From: an uncultured Acidobacteriaceae bacterium
Lineage (GTDB): Bacteria > Acidobacteriota > Terriglobia > Terriglobales > Acidobacteriaceae
Length of the DNA stretch: 58,427 bases
NCBI GenBank assembly: GCA_964246195.1
Contig: CAXTPY010000001.1
Location: 4,099-62,525 of the forward strand
Reading direction: 5' to 3'
Shown: positions 9,092 to 18,616 of the stretch, piece after piece
How positions within the stretch are numbered: the first letter of the stretch is position 1
How the letters are laid out: the number at the start of each line of letters is the position of its first letter
Position numbers and translations under genes: made by a program
Notes under the pieces: model-generated
Seen by the model: only the letters and a program-made list of their open reading frames with translations
The model's database searches: none
What the model was told of the DNA's origin: nothing

Positions 9092-9323
9092 ATTCTCCTC
9101 ACTTGTCTGGCGTTTCCGACAAAGTGACAAGACTGGCTGACGCCGGTTGCTTGTCTCATCGCCTGGCCGCCCGGGTTAGGGGTGGGTGTGGACCGAACCA
9201 GGCTCGAGAGTGCAAACCGGGTCAGCGGAATTCCTCATCGCGCGTGCGACAAGGCGTCAAAGGAGGCCTACAGGGACCGTTTTCAGGTATGTTTCCTCTT
9301 TGAATCCGTGCTGACCTTTGGCC

Positions 9324-9623
9324 CTACTTAGGTATGGGCCGCTTCACCAAGATTGGAGATCCTCCTTGCATCTCTGCCTCCGCCTTATAAGCGAGGACGG
9401 AATAGATGATTCCGTCCTTCGACTGAAACGCTTTGATAAGCGCGTCGCCCTCGCTGGGAACCTCCAGTCCCAGCTCGGGTTTCGCGACCGTCGATCCATC
9501 CTTGGCCAGGAAGTATCGAACGACCTCTTCCGTCTGCTGGCGCGCTTTGCGGCCCCGTTTCGGCTCGCCAGCCGTTCCAGCGTTCGGCTGCGTCTCAGGA
9601 ACTTTTGCTGCAGTCTCCATCAC
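9324..9623 (-). CDS. Small hypothetical protein (99 aa) coupled to virB8
   Basis: AAAGGAG RBS, overlaps the virB8-like stop codon; basic KRGRK patch. Confidence 0.7.
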   Translation of the reverse strand: MMETAAKVPETQPNAGTAGEPKRGRKARQQTEEVVRYFLAKDGSTVAKPELGLEVPSEGDALIKAFQSKDGIIYSVLAYKAEAEMQGGSPILVKRPIPK

Positions 9624-10363
9624 TGGTCTCCTTTCTTTCTGGCTTCATCACGACCGAGAAGGGCGTCCGGCGCGGAAAGGATGCGGTCTCGACGTTCGCC
9701 GTCGATGGGACGTTCGTTATACTCCGCGATCCAAAGCCCATCTGGGTTTGTGTCGGATCTACGGTCCGCAATCAGGCGCACGCGGTACTGGTTTACAAAG
9801 TGGTCGGTCGATTCGGTCCCCTTCGAAAGATGGTGGACATCCTTGACGCCGAACACCAGATAGGTGAGGGGCTCGCCCGCAACCGCGTCCAATTCGCGCA
9901 GATGGAATACCGACTCGATCTGATCGTCATCGATCTTGCCGCGCGTATTGTCGTCAGTCATCGCCTTGATTGTGTCGGCGCGCAGGTTGCGGGTCATCAT
10001 ATTGAGGCTGTCGGCCCAGCGTTCATCGACATCGGCGGTCGAATAGTTTAAGTAACTCGTAAGGAAGCGCTTCACGAAAGCCTCATCGAGAAATTCGTCC
10101 GTGCCTGCTGTTGCGGCATCGCTGACGCCACCCCTTACCGATTTACCAAGGACCATGGCATCGCCATTGGGGCCGATGCGGATGACAGTTGGCTGCTGTA
10201 GCCGCACAAAGATCGCGAAACCGATCGCAAGCAGCGCAACGGGGACAGTCAGGAAGGCGAGCAGCCATGCTTTGTTCGCATTTGCCTTGAGCGCTCCGTC
10301 GACTTCATAGTATTTCGGCGCTGCCGCCGCAATTCGATCTACTGTCACCGTATTGGTCTTCAT
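9620..10363 (-). CDS. virB8: VirB8/TrbF-like T4SS protein
   Basis: Single N-terminal TM, then PTVIRIG, FVKRFL...Y and C-terminal NPDGLWI (VirB8 NPxG motif). Confidence 0.82.
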   Translation of the reverse strand: MKTNTVTVDRIAAAAPKYYEVDGALKANANKAWLLAFLTVPVALLAIGFAIFVRLQQPTVIRIGPNGDAMVLGKSVRGGVSDAATAGTDEFLDEAFVKRFLTSYLNYSTADVDERWADSLNMMTRNLRADTIKAMTDDNTRGKIDDDQIESVFHLRELDAVAGEPLTYLVFGVKDVHHLSKGTESTDHFVNQYRVRLIADRRSDTNPDGLWIAEYNERPIDGERRDRILSAPDALLGRDEARKKGDQ

Positions 10364-10377
10364 GAATCCTCCTGTCG

Positions 10378-11802
10378 TTATTCGGAACCCCTGGTCGCGT
10401 TGCCTGCCAAAGTGCGTGTTGTTATGCGCGCGGCATGATAGGCACCCCAGGTGCCAAGGTTGTAGCGGTGAACACTTGGCCCTTTCTTCGCCATCGCGGT
10501 TGGCCGCATACCACCTCCCGCCCTGCCGCTAACACCGATGGACGATTCGCCCCTAACGCTTGAAATCCCAACGTTGCTGTGCGCTACATCCGCAGCAGAG
10601 TCCGAACTCTCGTCCCCCCCCATTGCATCGCTGAGAAAGCCTCTGATCTGCTCGGCGTGACCCTCCGCGGTAGGCTCGCTACCGTAGGAAGGGAAACCGC
10701 TCTTTGATTCACTGCTTGCAGAGGTGGCTGCCCTGGGAGACTGCTGGGGTGGCGCCGGTTGATGGGCACCGGCCGATGTTGTTAGTGGTCGAGCCGAGCC
10801 GGCGCTTGCACCCGCACCCGTTGAAGACGCCCCTGCAGGACTTCCGGTACCCGCGCCACTTCCTCCGGCAGCCAATCCTGCTGCTGCTCCCTCTACAGCT
10901 GCAGCGCCTACAGTCAGAGCCGTTACGGCTGTCCCTACCATCGCAGCGGCGGTACTTCCTACATCGCCGCTCACGATCCTCTTAGCAATAAACGGGATGA
11001 TGGCAATCGACAGAGAGTAGATGATGCTTGCCGCACCGATCAGGAATGACCCCTCGAGATTTCCCAACCCTCCCAGGAAGTTGTTCTGGTTGAGCATTTG
11101 CCCGACCTGGCCCATCTGGACCGCGCTGAGCAGAGCACCAAAACCTCCATACAAGATCGGCCACGCATTCCAGATGAAGACATTTTCGACATACGCCTTG
11201 GCAATACGGTTTGTCGCTCCAAGCGGCATGAGCGCAATCACGATCGGGCCAAAGATATACAAGACCGAACCATAAAAAATGTAGAAGAAACCGAAGATCG
11301 CGATAACGAATGGATAGAGAATATAAGCGACCAGAATCAGGAGACCGTCGATCAGACCAGCCATGGACCCTGTGACGAGTCCCCACATCTGCTGAACTCC
11401 ATCCTGGCTGTACTGGGTACTGATATCGGTCTTCCAATTGTCCAGAAGATTGCCGAAGCCTGTTGCGTTGCCAATCCAGTTTCCTCCATTCACAAAGCCC
11501 TGGTTGACCGTGGTAAAGATGGCGCTGTAGTTCATCACGACGACGGCTGTAACTATGTATTTGATAAGGCTGGGTCCCAGTCCGCGCACATCGCCGCCGT
11601 GCAAGGCAGATTGGTAGACCTGCCAGAGAAAACCAACGAGAAGTATCACGTAGGCGACGTCTTGCATGCCGGAGGTGATGCTCGTGGAGTTGATTCCTGA
11701 CACGGCCTGCGTCAAAAAACTCTCAAACAAACTCAACTGCGTCCCCTGAAAGAATGCGAGAGCCGCGATGCCGGAATGGATGTGAAAGATCGAAAGCATC
11801 AT
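10378..11802 (-). CDS. virB6: VirB6/TrbL-like polytopic T4SS protein
   Basis: Multiple TM segments, FGPIVIAL motif, Gly/Ala/Ser-rich tail typical of TrbL; lies between virB5-like and virB8-like genes. Confidence 0.82.
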   Translation of the reverse strand: MMLSIFHIHSGIAALAFFQGTQLSLFESFLTQAVSGINSTSITSGMQDVAYVILLVGFLWQVYQSALHGGDVRGLGPSLIKYIVTAVVVMNYSAIFTTVNQGFVNGGNWIGNATGFGNLLDNWKTDISTQYSQDGVQQMWGLVTGSMAGLIDGLLILVAYILYPFVIAIFGFFYIFYGSVLYIFGPIVIALMPLGATNRIAKAYVENVFIWNAWPILYGGFGALLSAVQMGQVGQMLNQNNFLGGLGNLEGSFLIGAASIIYSLSIAIIPFIAKRIVSGDVGSTAAAMVGTAVTALTVGAAAVEGAAAGLAAGGSGAGTGSPAGASSTGAGASAGSARPLTTSAGAHQPAPPQQSPRAATSASSESKSGFPSYGSEPTAEGHAEQIRGFLSDAMGGDESSDSAADVAHSNVGISSVRGESSIGVSGRAGGGMRPTAMAKKGPSVHRYNLGTWGAYHAARITTRTLAGNATRGSE

Positions 11803-11809
11803 GATGGTC

Positions 11810-12706
11810 TCACTTGCTGGTCAGCGCTCCCGTGATGAGGCCGTTGTTGTTTGTGCTGTCTGAGGTCGCGAGTTTCGCAATCTCGCTTTGGTTGGCCAAG
11901 TCGATGCTGCGGGTTCTCATCAACTCGGCGAGAGCCTCCTGGGTATATGCGTTGGCACGCACCACCCACACATCAGCCTCTGCTTCAACAATCGGAGCGC
12001 TGCCGGGGGCGGCCTGCTGGATCTGCTGGCCCATCTGGGTCGCCTCAGTGAGTTCAGCCTCCGCTAGCGCGTCGATCTGGAGCGCGCGCTTCATCGCATC
12101 CTGAGCCTGAGCGTCCGTCATGTCGGTCATCGTCCGGACTTGAGGCGACGCCGAGTTCTGCGCCATCACTACGCCATACACCGATTGATACTGGGAAGAC
12201 ACGGTCGGCACATTGCTCGCGTTGCGAGAGAGCAGTGTGGTCTCGAGGCTTTGCGACTGCGGCAAGGTGGCGCTTGAGACGCTCACATGAAACATGTTGT
12301 TGATGTTGCTGAACTGGCCTTCGAGCTGTGTCACCGAGCTCTTGGCCTGATTGATGACCGTCAAGGGATACATCACCTGCTGTTCGTAACTGGAGATGCT
12401 CTGCTCGGATTGGTTGATGGTCTTGAGAGGAGCCGCCATATAGGTGCTCATAAGCGACTGCATTTTCTGCAAGGCCGCTATGATCGCTGCCATGTCGATA
12501 CCGAATTGGCCGTTCGCACGAGTCGGCACGATGAGCGGCAGGGCAAGCGCCACCATCGCCGTCTTCAAGAGGGTTGGCCGATACCAGGGCCGCCGAGGCT
12601 GAGTGGCTTCGATGTCAGGCGCCCTCTTAGCGGGCTCCGGTTGTTCTTTACGCCGCCAGAACAATGGTTTACGCAACTTGGTTGGGCTTTTCTTCGAGTC
12701 CGTCAT
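11810..12706 (-). CDS. VirB5/TrbJ-like exported helical protein (paralog 2)
   Basis: Signal-like segment (…ANGQFG), Gln-rich helical body, similar to the upstream paralog; probable ATG 12706. Confidence 0.62.
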   Translation of the reverse strand: MTDSKKSPTKLRKPLFWRRKEQPEPAKRAPDIEATQPRRPWYRPTLLKTAMVALALPLIVPTRANGQFGIDMAAIIAALQKMQSLMSTYMAAPLKTINQSEQSISSYEQQVMYPLTVINQAKSSVTQLEGQFSNINNMFHVSVSSATLPQSQSLETTLLSRNASNVPTVSSQYQSVYGVVMAQNSASPQVRTMTDMTDAQAQDAMKRALQIDALAEAELTEATQMGQQIQQAAPGSAPIVEAEADVWVVRANAYTQEALAELMRTRSIDLANQSEIAKLATSDSTNNNGLITGALTSK

Positions 12707-12717
12707 AGCGATTCTCC

Positions 12718-13569
12718 TCAATGGCCGGTAAGTGCTCCGGTGACCATACTGTTGATCCCACCGGATGCGGTGTTCCTACTCTTCACGAGCGCGTTGTCAT
12801 GGGCGATACGGCCTGCCTCTTGACGTAGCTCTGCCGCAAGCATCTTTTGGATGAAGGCCTGACACCGCAGATTTGCGACCTGGGCCTCTGCCGTCAGATA
12901 CGGATTGGAGCCCGGGGTACTCGTGGCTACCTGATTCTCCATCTGATTTGCGGCCTGCAGGGTGGCGTCCTGGCCTTGGTCGGCGATGAGCGTGGTTTTG
13001 AGATTCTGCTGGCCCAAGGCGTCATCCATGTCGATCATCACGCGGTCCTGCGGCGAGGCTGTGTTCACTGCTGGGATAGCTCCATAGTTGGCCGTAAAGC
13101 TCGTCTGCAGCGATGGGATCTGAGTCGTGAGGCGGCTGTGGAGAAGGCTTTCAAACTGCTGAGGACCAGCCAAGGTCGCGCTAGAGAATGGCGTGTTGAA
13201 GATCTGGTTCATGGCGCTTCGATAGGTGTTGATCGAGTTCGAGACGAAGCCTCTCGCCTGGTTGATTGCCGCAAGCGGCCACACTGTCGCCTGATAGAGC
13301 TGCTGGACTTGCTGCTGAATCTGGTTGATTGCCTGAAGCGAACTCCCCATATCGCTTTGGATCGAACTGAAGATCGAGTCGAAAATGCCGAGGAACTGTC
13401 CGTGGGCCTGTCGCGGTACTGCCAAACACGACTCCGCAACGAGGACGGTTATCATGGCTCTCTTCTTCCAACGAGATTGCTTCAATGCCGTTGGCATTGA
13501 GGATGGCTCTGCGTCGGGGGGCAGGTGACTGACGAGTTGCTCGGTCGTGGGTTTGATGGCTTCGTTCAT
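12718..13569 (-). CDS. VirB5/TrbJ-like exported helical protein (paralog 1)
   Basis: ATG 13569 overlaps the virB4 stop (ATGA); …AHGQFLG, PLAAINQA, SSATL, ASPQDR, PGSNP shared with paralog 2. Confidence 0.62.
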   Translation of the reverse strand: MNEAIKPTTEQLVSHLPPDAEPSSMPTALKQSRWKKRAMITVLVAESCLAVPRQAHGQFLGIFDSIFSSIQSDMGSSLQAINQIQQQVQQLYQATVWPLAAINQARGFVSNSINTYRSAMNQIFNTPFSSATLAGPQQFESLLHSRLTTQIPSLQTSFTANYGAIPAVNTASPQDRVMIDMDDALGQQNLKTTLIADQGQDATLQAANQMENQVATSTPGSNPYLTAEAQVANLRCQAFIQKMLAAELRQEAGRIAHDNALVKSRNTASGGINSMVTGALTGH

Positions 13570-16214
13570 TTGGATATCACCTCCTGCATCTGTCCGGAGA
13601 CTTCTACGGAGAGGGGAGGAATCTCCGCGAGTCCGCGCGGATATCGCGAAGCAAGCGCTTCGTACGCTTGGATCAAAGGGAGTTGCAGGTGTTGGTTTAG
13701 CCACCATCTCCGATAATTGCGCTCACGGGCATAAGTCGTCGTGATCCAGTAGTCAACTGCGCTCGGAACAATCCGAATCGCATGGGTGGACTCAGCCTTC
13801 TCGCCAACCGCAATGAGGAACTCCGCGCTATGGCCTTTCTTCGGGTGAGCGAATGTCTTGATCTGGTTGAGTGCTGTTTGATTGAGGTGGACGTGGTCGC
13901 GCAGCGCTGTCATGTCGCCCGGCTGTTTGCCGATGATCTTGGTCGTTGCGTTCTTGACGATGCCGGCCCCGTGCTCGTTCGGACGATCCGGCGTGCCTAC
14001 GAAATCTTCTGGCGTCTGGCTAATACCCCACACGCTGGCATTGCGCTTCCGAGCCGTGCGAAAGAGCTGGACAACAACGCTCGCCAGAATCGGGGATTCG
14101 AGCAATGCCCAGCACTCGTCGAGCAGCACAATACTCGGTTGTCCGGTCGATCCAGACGCCCGATAAGTTGCTGTATGAGCGATGAGCAGACTCATGGCCC
14201 GTTCCAGACGCGGATCATCCTTCAGCTTTTCCACGTTGAAGTAGAGCCAAGGATTGTTCAACTGAACGGTCGTTGGCCGGTCGAAGAGGCGCGCATAGGG
14301 CCCTTCATCCACCCAGGCACGGAGCTTCGTCGAAGCCATCTGGGCCATCGCGTTGATCTTCTGATTGCGGTCCCGGTCCTGCCAATGCGCCAGTTCCGCC
14401 GCGAGGTCTCCGAAAAGCGGGACCGGGTTCGAGGTCTTCGCGCTGCAGCGCTTATAGGTGGAGGCAATCGCTTCGAGCAGGACGCTGTCGAGCAGGTCGA
14501 TGTCCAGGTCGGGAGGTGTGTTCTCCCCAAGCATGTGCCGAGTGAGATTCTTGAGGAACGAAATCTGGTCGTTGGAGGGCTTGGTCTCTCCTCTCGTAAG
14601 ATCCCAGGGGTTGATGGTCTGGTCGCTGTCGAGCGACATCTCGATCATTTCGCCGCCCATGAGTTCTACTAAGGGTTGATAGGAATCGCCGCGTTCAAGT
14701 ATGGAGATGAGAGGATTGCCGCGGGCCGCCATCAGCAACATCTGCTGCGCAGCGAGAGTTTTGCCGCCGCCGCTCTTGGCCATCAGCAGGCCGTTCGCGT
14801 CGGAAAGGTCAGGATCGAACATCGAAAAGGGGATGAGCTGCCGATAGGGTGTCTCAAACAAGATCAGGGGGCTACGGCGAGTCCCAGTCCACGGCATCTC
14901 GACAGGGACAAGATCGGCAACGTTGGACGTGAGCATGTCCTGGTCTCGCTTGTCTGGCTCGGCCATACCGGGCAGTGTCCCAAGAAAGATGCGCCGCTTC
15001 GCAATCGTCTCCATCACCCCCTTCGCACCATTCATATGCGTGAAGGCGTTCAAAACCTCCTGCGTTCGATTCGCAAGCTCGCGTTCAAAGCGTTCCAGGT
15101 CACCAAGGGTGACTGCCTGCTGTGAGGTCCGCACGACGACAGATAGGCTGAGCTTTGCCGTCTTGAGAGAAGAGGAGATAATGTCCCGCTGGATCTGTAA
15201 GAGCTGAGCCTGCGCTACCTCGGCTTCAGGATTGGATTTAAAGTTGCCATTCGCGTCCTTCTGCGCGGCGGTCATCTTCTGCAGGCGCTTCTTATACCCC
15301 TTGAGCACCTTCACTTGATCGGGGATGACGACCTGTCCGCTGATGACCACAGGAAAACCGAGGGTAGAGAAGTTCTGCAACATGCCGGGGAATGTTGCGT
15401 CAGGCAGCTCTTTGAGACTCACGACGGAATAAAGATATCCATCGATGTTGATGTAGCTCTCGGTCTCATTGAGGATGCTCGACTGCGTTGCCTGCTCTCG
15501 TGCGCTGCGATACTCGAACATCTCGTCGCCAGGCACATATGGACGACGGTCGCGCCTGGACGGGTGCTGGGAATGCTTAAGTTCCTCGAATAACCCCTGC
15601 GTCGATAATCTCCTGGGACCTAGATTGGCTGCCTCCATCGATCCCTCGATGCCCCGGAGTATCGACTCGAATTCCGCTAAGTAGTTCTCATGCTCCCTAC
15701 GGGTCCGCTGGATTGCCTTCTTCTGGCTCACGGTGAAGCCGCCAAGCTTCCGGTTCTGCTGTGCGGAGTGGTACAGCTTGGCGTGGGTGCGCGGGTCCCA
15801 CACGAGATAGATATGGAGACGATTCTCGAAGTAAAAGCCGTTGTGCTCCTTTTCCATCCACATCCTCATCCGATGTGCATCGAGCGCCATGACCTCCGGC
15901 TGTTCGCTGCGCTGTTGCTGGACGTAGCTGTCGAGGAGGTCGCCAAGATGCTCCGAGATCTCATAGCGAAACTGGAGCCGCATGCTGACGTCGGGAACGC
16001 TGCGAAAGAGGGCTTCGAGCATGGACTTCGTCTGGTTTCGGTCGCCGTCGGTAGCAAAGTAAGCAAGGATGCCTCGTAGTTCATAACCAGCCACGAATGA
16101 CCCATTGGTGCGCACCATCACGTTGTCCCCAGCGGGCAGGTCGCGCAGGGGCAGTAGTTCGCAGACAGCAGGCGACTTGAGCCTTTTCTCGTGCTGCTCG
16201 TAGGTCATTGGCAT
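13566..16214 (-). CDS. virB4: VirB4/TrbE/TraC family T4SS ATPase
   Basis: 882 aa; Walker A AKSGGGKT, INPWD, Walker B LLDECW, RTARKRNAS and ISQ motifs. Confidence 0.93.
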   Translation of the reverse strand: MPMTYEQHEKRLKSPAVCELLPLRDLPAGDNVMVRTNGSFVAGYELRGILAYFATDGDRNQTKSMLEALFRSVPDVSMRLQFRYEISEHLGDLLDSYVQQQRSEQPEVMALDAHRMRMWMEKEHNGFYFENRLHIYLVWDPRTHAKLYHSAQQNRKLGGFTVSQKKAIQRTRREHENYLAEFESILRGIEGSMEAANLGPRRLSTQGLFEELKHSQHPSRRDRRPYVPGDEMFEYRSAREQATQSSILNETESYINIDGYLYSVVSLKELPDATFPGMLQNFSTLGFPVVISGQVVIPDQVKVLKGYKKRLQKMTAAQKDANGNFKSNPEAEVAQAQLLQIQRDIISSSLKTAKLSLSVVVRTSQQAVTLGDLERFERELANRTQEVLNAFTHMNGAKGVMETIAKRRIFLGTLPGMAEPDKRDQDMLTSNVADLVPVEMPWTGTRRSPLILFETPYRQLIPFSMFDPDLSDANGLLMAKSGGGKTLAAQQMLLMAARGNPLISILERGDSYQPLVELMGGEMIEMSLDSDQTINPWDLTRGETKPSNDQISFLKNLTRHMLGENTPPDLDIDLLDSVLLEAIASTYKRCSAKTSNPVPLFGDLAAELAHWQDRDRNQKINAMAQMASTKLRAWVDEGPYARLFDRPTTVQLNNPWLYFNVEKLKDDPRLERAMSLLIAHTATYRASGSTGQPSIVLLDECWALLESPILASVVVQLFRTARKRNASVWGISQTPEDFVGTPDRPNEHGAGIVKNATTKIIGKQPGDMTALRDHVHLNQTALNQIKTFAHPKKGHSAEFLIAVGEKAESTHAIRIVPSAVDYWITTTYARERNYRRWWLNQHLQLPLIQAYEALASRYPRGLAEIPPLSVEVSGQMQEVISK

Positions 16215-16405
16215 GGTCTTAATCCTTCCCGCGCCGCCTTCGGTTCGACGCCTCGTAGTCCTTGTTCTGCAATTGGAGCAAGTGGAGCGAAGTCCTCATG
16301 GAATCGGGCTGCGAAGAGGACACTCGCAAAGACTGCCCGGGCTGCTTCGAGGTCGAGATGTACGTCGACTAATCCATCTCGTGTCCTCTCAATCGAAGCT
16401 TGCAT
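16205..16405 (-). CDS. Small hypothetical protein between virB3 and virB4
   Basis: 66 aa filling the gap, with RBS and overlap of the virB4 start. Confidence 0.55.
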   Translation of the reverse strand: MQASIERTRDGLVDVHLDLEAARAVFASVLFAARFHEDFAPLAPIAEQGLRGVEPKAAREGLRPCQ

Positions 16406-16408
16406 AGG

Positions 16409-16753
16409 TCACTCCTCGTCTCCGGCGATGTAACTCTGCGTCAACTCCGAATCTCGTTCAAGTGCGCACCATGCTTTCGGAGAGAAGAATGAGCGGACCA
16501 AATCTGTGAGGTAACCACGGGGTCTGCCGTACTTGAACAAGATCAGGAACGGGAAGGCCAACGCCGGGACAACGAACTCCATGAAGATGTTGAGCGGCAT
16601 TCCAAAGACATGTGCGGTGTCTCCAACGAAGTGCGCCAGCAGGTTCATCAGCGCGGCCAACGCAAGCACAAGAATCAGGTCTTCGAACTCAAGGCCCAGA
16701 AACGACACCTTCGTATTGAGGTTGCGATGAACTGGCGTCAAATCGAGACTCAT
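16409..16753 (-). CDS. virB3: VirB3/TraL-like membrane protein
   Basis: 114 aa, PVHRNLN...FLGLEFEDL, two TMs, GRPRGYL; located just upstream of virB4. Confidence 0.75.
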   Translation of the reverse strand: MSLDLTPVHRNLNTKVSFLGLEFEDLILVLALAALMNLLAHFVGDTAHVFGMPLNIFMEFVVPALAFPFLILFKYGRPRGYLTDLVRSFFSPKAWCALERDSELTQSYIAGDEE

Positions 16754-16757
16754 GGAC

Positions 16758-17213
16758 CTACCCTCCGACTCCGTGCGCTTGTGTTACCAGCGATTCGGCC
16801 AGTCGCATCATGCCCGAAACCATGAGGGCAGCGACCGCGGCGACGAACTTCCTGATCCAAGTCGAACCCGGATAGATCTCTGAGACCACACCGCCCATGT
16901 GCAGGGCCATCGCCGCCAGTTGCGTCAAGGCGAACATGGGGAGGATCACGTTGGCCGTCCAGTTGACCAGGCTCATGCTTGCCATCCAAAAGGCGTCAGC
17001 ATTGGTGGGACCGGCGTTCTGGACGAAGCCTTCCAAAGCGCGAAGCATTCCCGAACACATCAACGACGCGAACCCTCCATAGAGGAGGTGTTCGAAGGGG
17101 CTGCTCTTGCTGTAGCGATAGACAGCGCCCGCAAAGAACATCCCGGCCATCGTCGGCATGATCGTGTTCCCGGCCCAGGATGCGAGGTTCGTGATTGCGC
17201 CGTTGAGACTCAT
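16758..17213 (-). CDS. Membrane protein made of two tandem VirB2/TrbC pilin-like repeats
   Basis: Repeats NLASWAGNTIMP...LMCSGMLRALEGF and SLVNWTANVILP...LMVSGMMRLAESL. Confidence 0.7.
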   Translation of the reverse strand: MSLNGAITNLASWAGNTIMPTMAGMFFAGAVYRYSKSSPFEHLLYGGFASLMCSGMLRALEGFVQNAGPTNADAFWMASMSLVNWTANVILPMFALTQLAAMALHMGGVVSEIYPGSTWIRKFVAAVAALMVSGMMRLAESLVTQAHGVGG

Positions 17214-17223
17214 CGTTGGCTCC

Positions 17224-17886
17224 TCATGCCGCCATGGCTTGAAAGAGTGTGAGGAGACCGCTCACACTCAGGAAAGAGATCGCTGCAAAGACCAACCGCG
17301 TCCAAGGTCTGTGCCTGACAAAGTTGATGACTGCTCCTACACAGGCAAGTCCGGCTGCTGCCGGCATGATCTGCCCCACCAGGTAATTCCATAGGGAGGC
17401 AAGCATGTCGGTTGTCGCATACTGGCTACCGTCGTTCCATCCCTGCATGAGCTGCATCGTCGCGGACAGCGACATCAGGAAGAGAGCGGCTACGATCGAA
17501 GCGAGAGGATTCTCCCCTCCGGCTCCATCGAGGCAAGCCTTGAGAACGAAGTACGCTGCCAGGACCGGAACGAACTTCGCGACAACAATCTGGTTGACGA
17601 AGTTCGTAAAGATCGTTTGCATGCTCGCGAGCCAACTCGTGCCGATCGACCCGCTCCCCGACGGGACCGTGATGCCTTGCGCCGCAATCCAGGACAGAAG
17701 TTGCGGGAGCGTCAGAAAGACGACAGTCCACAATATCCACTTCCCAACTCTTCCATTGACATGGAAGTTCGTTCCTCCTTCATGCCGCAGGCTCACTCCC
17801 GCCGCTGCCAGCGTACAGAACGCAGCGGGAACGGCGAGACCAAGCAGCAACTGAAGGAGGTCCGAAAGGAATTGCGGCACAGGCAT
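17224..17886 (-). CDS. Membrane protein with two to three tandem pilin-like repeats
   Basis: ATG 17886 (AAGGAG RBS); the repeat SLWNYLVGQIMP...FLSVSGLL is clear, and two earlier hydrophobic hairpins are similar. Confidence 0.65.
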   Translation of the reverse strand: MPVPQFLSDLLQLLLGLAVPAAFCTLAAAGVSLRHEGGTNFHVNGRVGKWILWTVVFLTLPQLLSWIAAQGITVPSGSGSIGTSWLASMQTIFTNFVNQIVVAKFVPVLAAYFVLKACLDGAGGENPLASIVAALFLMSLSATMQLMQGWNDGSQYATTDMLASLWNYLVGQIMPAAAGLACVGAVINFVRHRPWTRLVFAAISFLSVSGLLTLFQAMAA

Positions 17887-17896
17887 CGCGGGCTCC

Positions 17897-18331
17897 TTAC
17901 TGAATGCCTTGCGCTTGCATGATGAAGCCCTCGGCCATGCGACCGAGACCGGAGATGACCATGAGAGCCACACCGGTCACTCCCCAGCCCATGTATCCAC
18001 GGCCGCTCTTGAAGTGCCAACCAGCGACGCCGAGGCAGGCGACGGCGATCACCGGAGCGATGACATTGCATCCCCAGTTCACGATGTTGAGGACAGTGCC
18101 TTCAACGGTCGTCGCTTGCTGGCCCTGTACAGCCTGACCGAACTGCGGAGATGTTCCCAGGTTCTGTGCAGTCGCAGCGAGAGGCGCCACAAGGTTACCT
18201 AAGAGGATGAGAGCCAGAGCGATCATCAGGGCCACGCGGACCCCATTGCTCTCTTCTGGACGGTGGATGACAGTTGCGATTGGTATGGCGGACACTTCGG
18301 AGCGTCGCCAGAAGGCTGGTGCGGTTCTCAT
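17897..18331 (-). CDS. VirB2/TrbC-like major pilin with long leader peptide
   Basis: ATG 18331 (AGGAG RBS); leader ending in ...PLAATA/QN, then NIVNWGCNVIAP plus two hydrophobic helices; first gene of the virB2-3-4 operon. Confidence 0.68.
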   Translation of the reverse strand: MRTAPAFWRRSEVSAIPIATVIHRPEESNGVRVALMIALALILLGNLVAPLAATAQNLGTSPQFGQAVQGQQATTVEGTVLNIVNWGCNVIAPVIAVACLGVAGWHFKSGRGYMGWGVTGVALMVISGLGRMAEGFIMQAQGIQ

Positions 18332-18616
18332 ACGTTTTCTCTCCTGGACTCGGCTGCTCTTGGCCTCCGCGTCGAAACAGAGAATGTGGCGAAATGGAAA
18401 CTCGGTCAAATGTCCAAAACAACGATCTGGAGGGTGGATTGTGAAATATCTTCAGTCGTTCGTTCGATTTGGATCAGTAGAGATAAGGAGAGCAATCTGG
18501 AGGAAGAAGTGTCCCAGTTTCCGGATTGGCTCGATACAGGACAAAGAGCTAAAATCTTCATCTGTCAGGAATTCTGAGCCTGCCGCGGAGAGTCGCCAGG
18601 TTCAAGGACGACGAAA

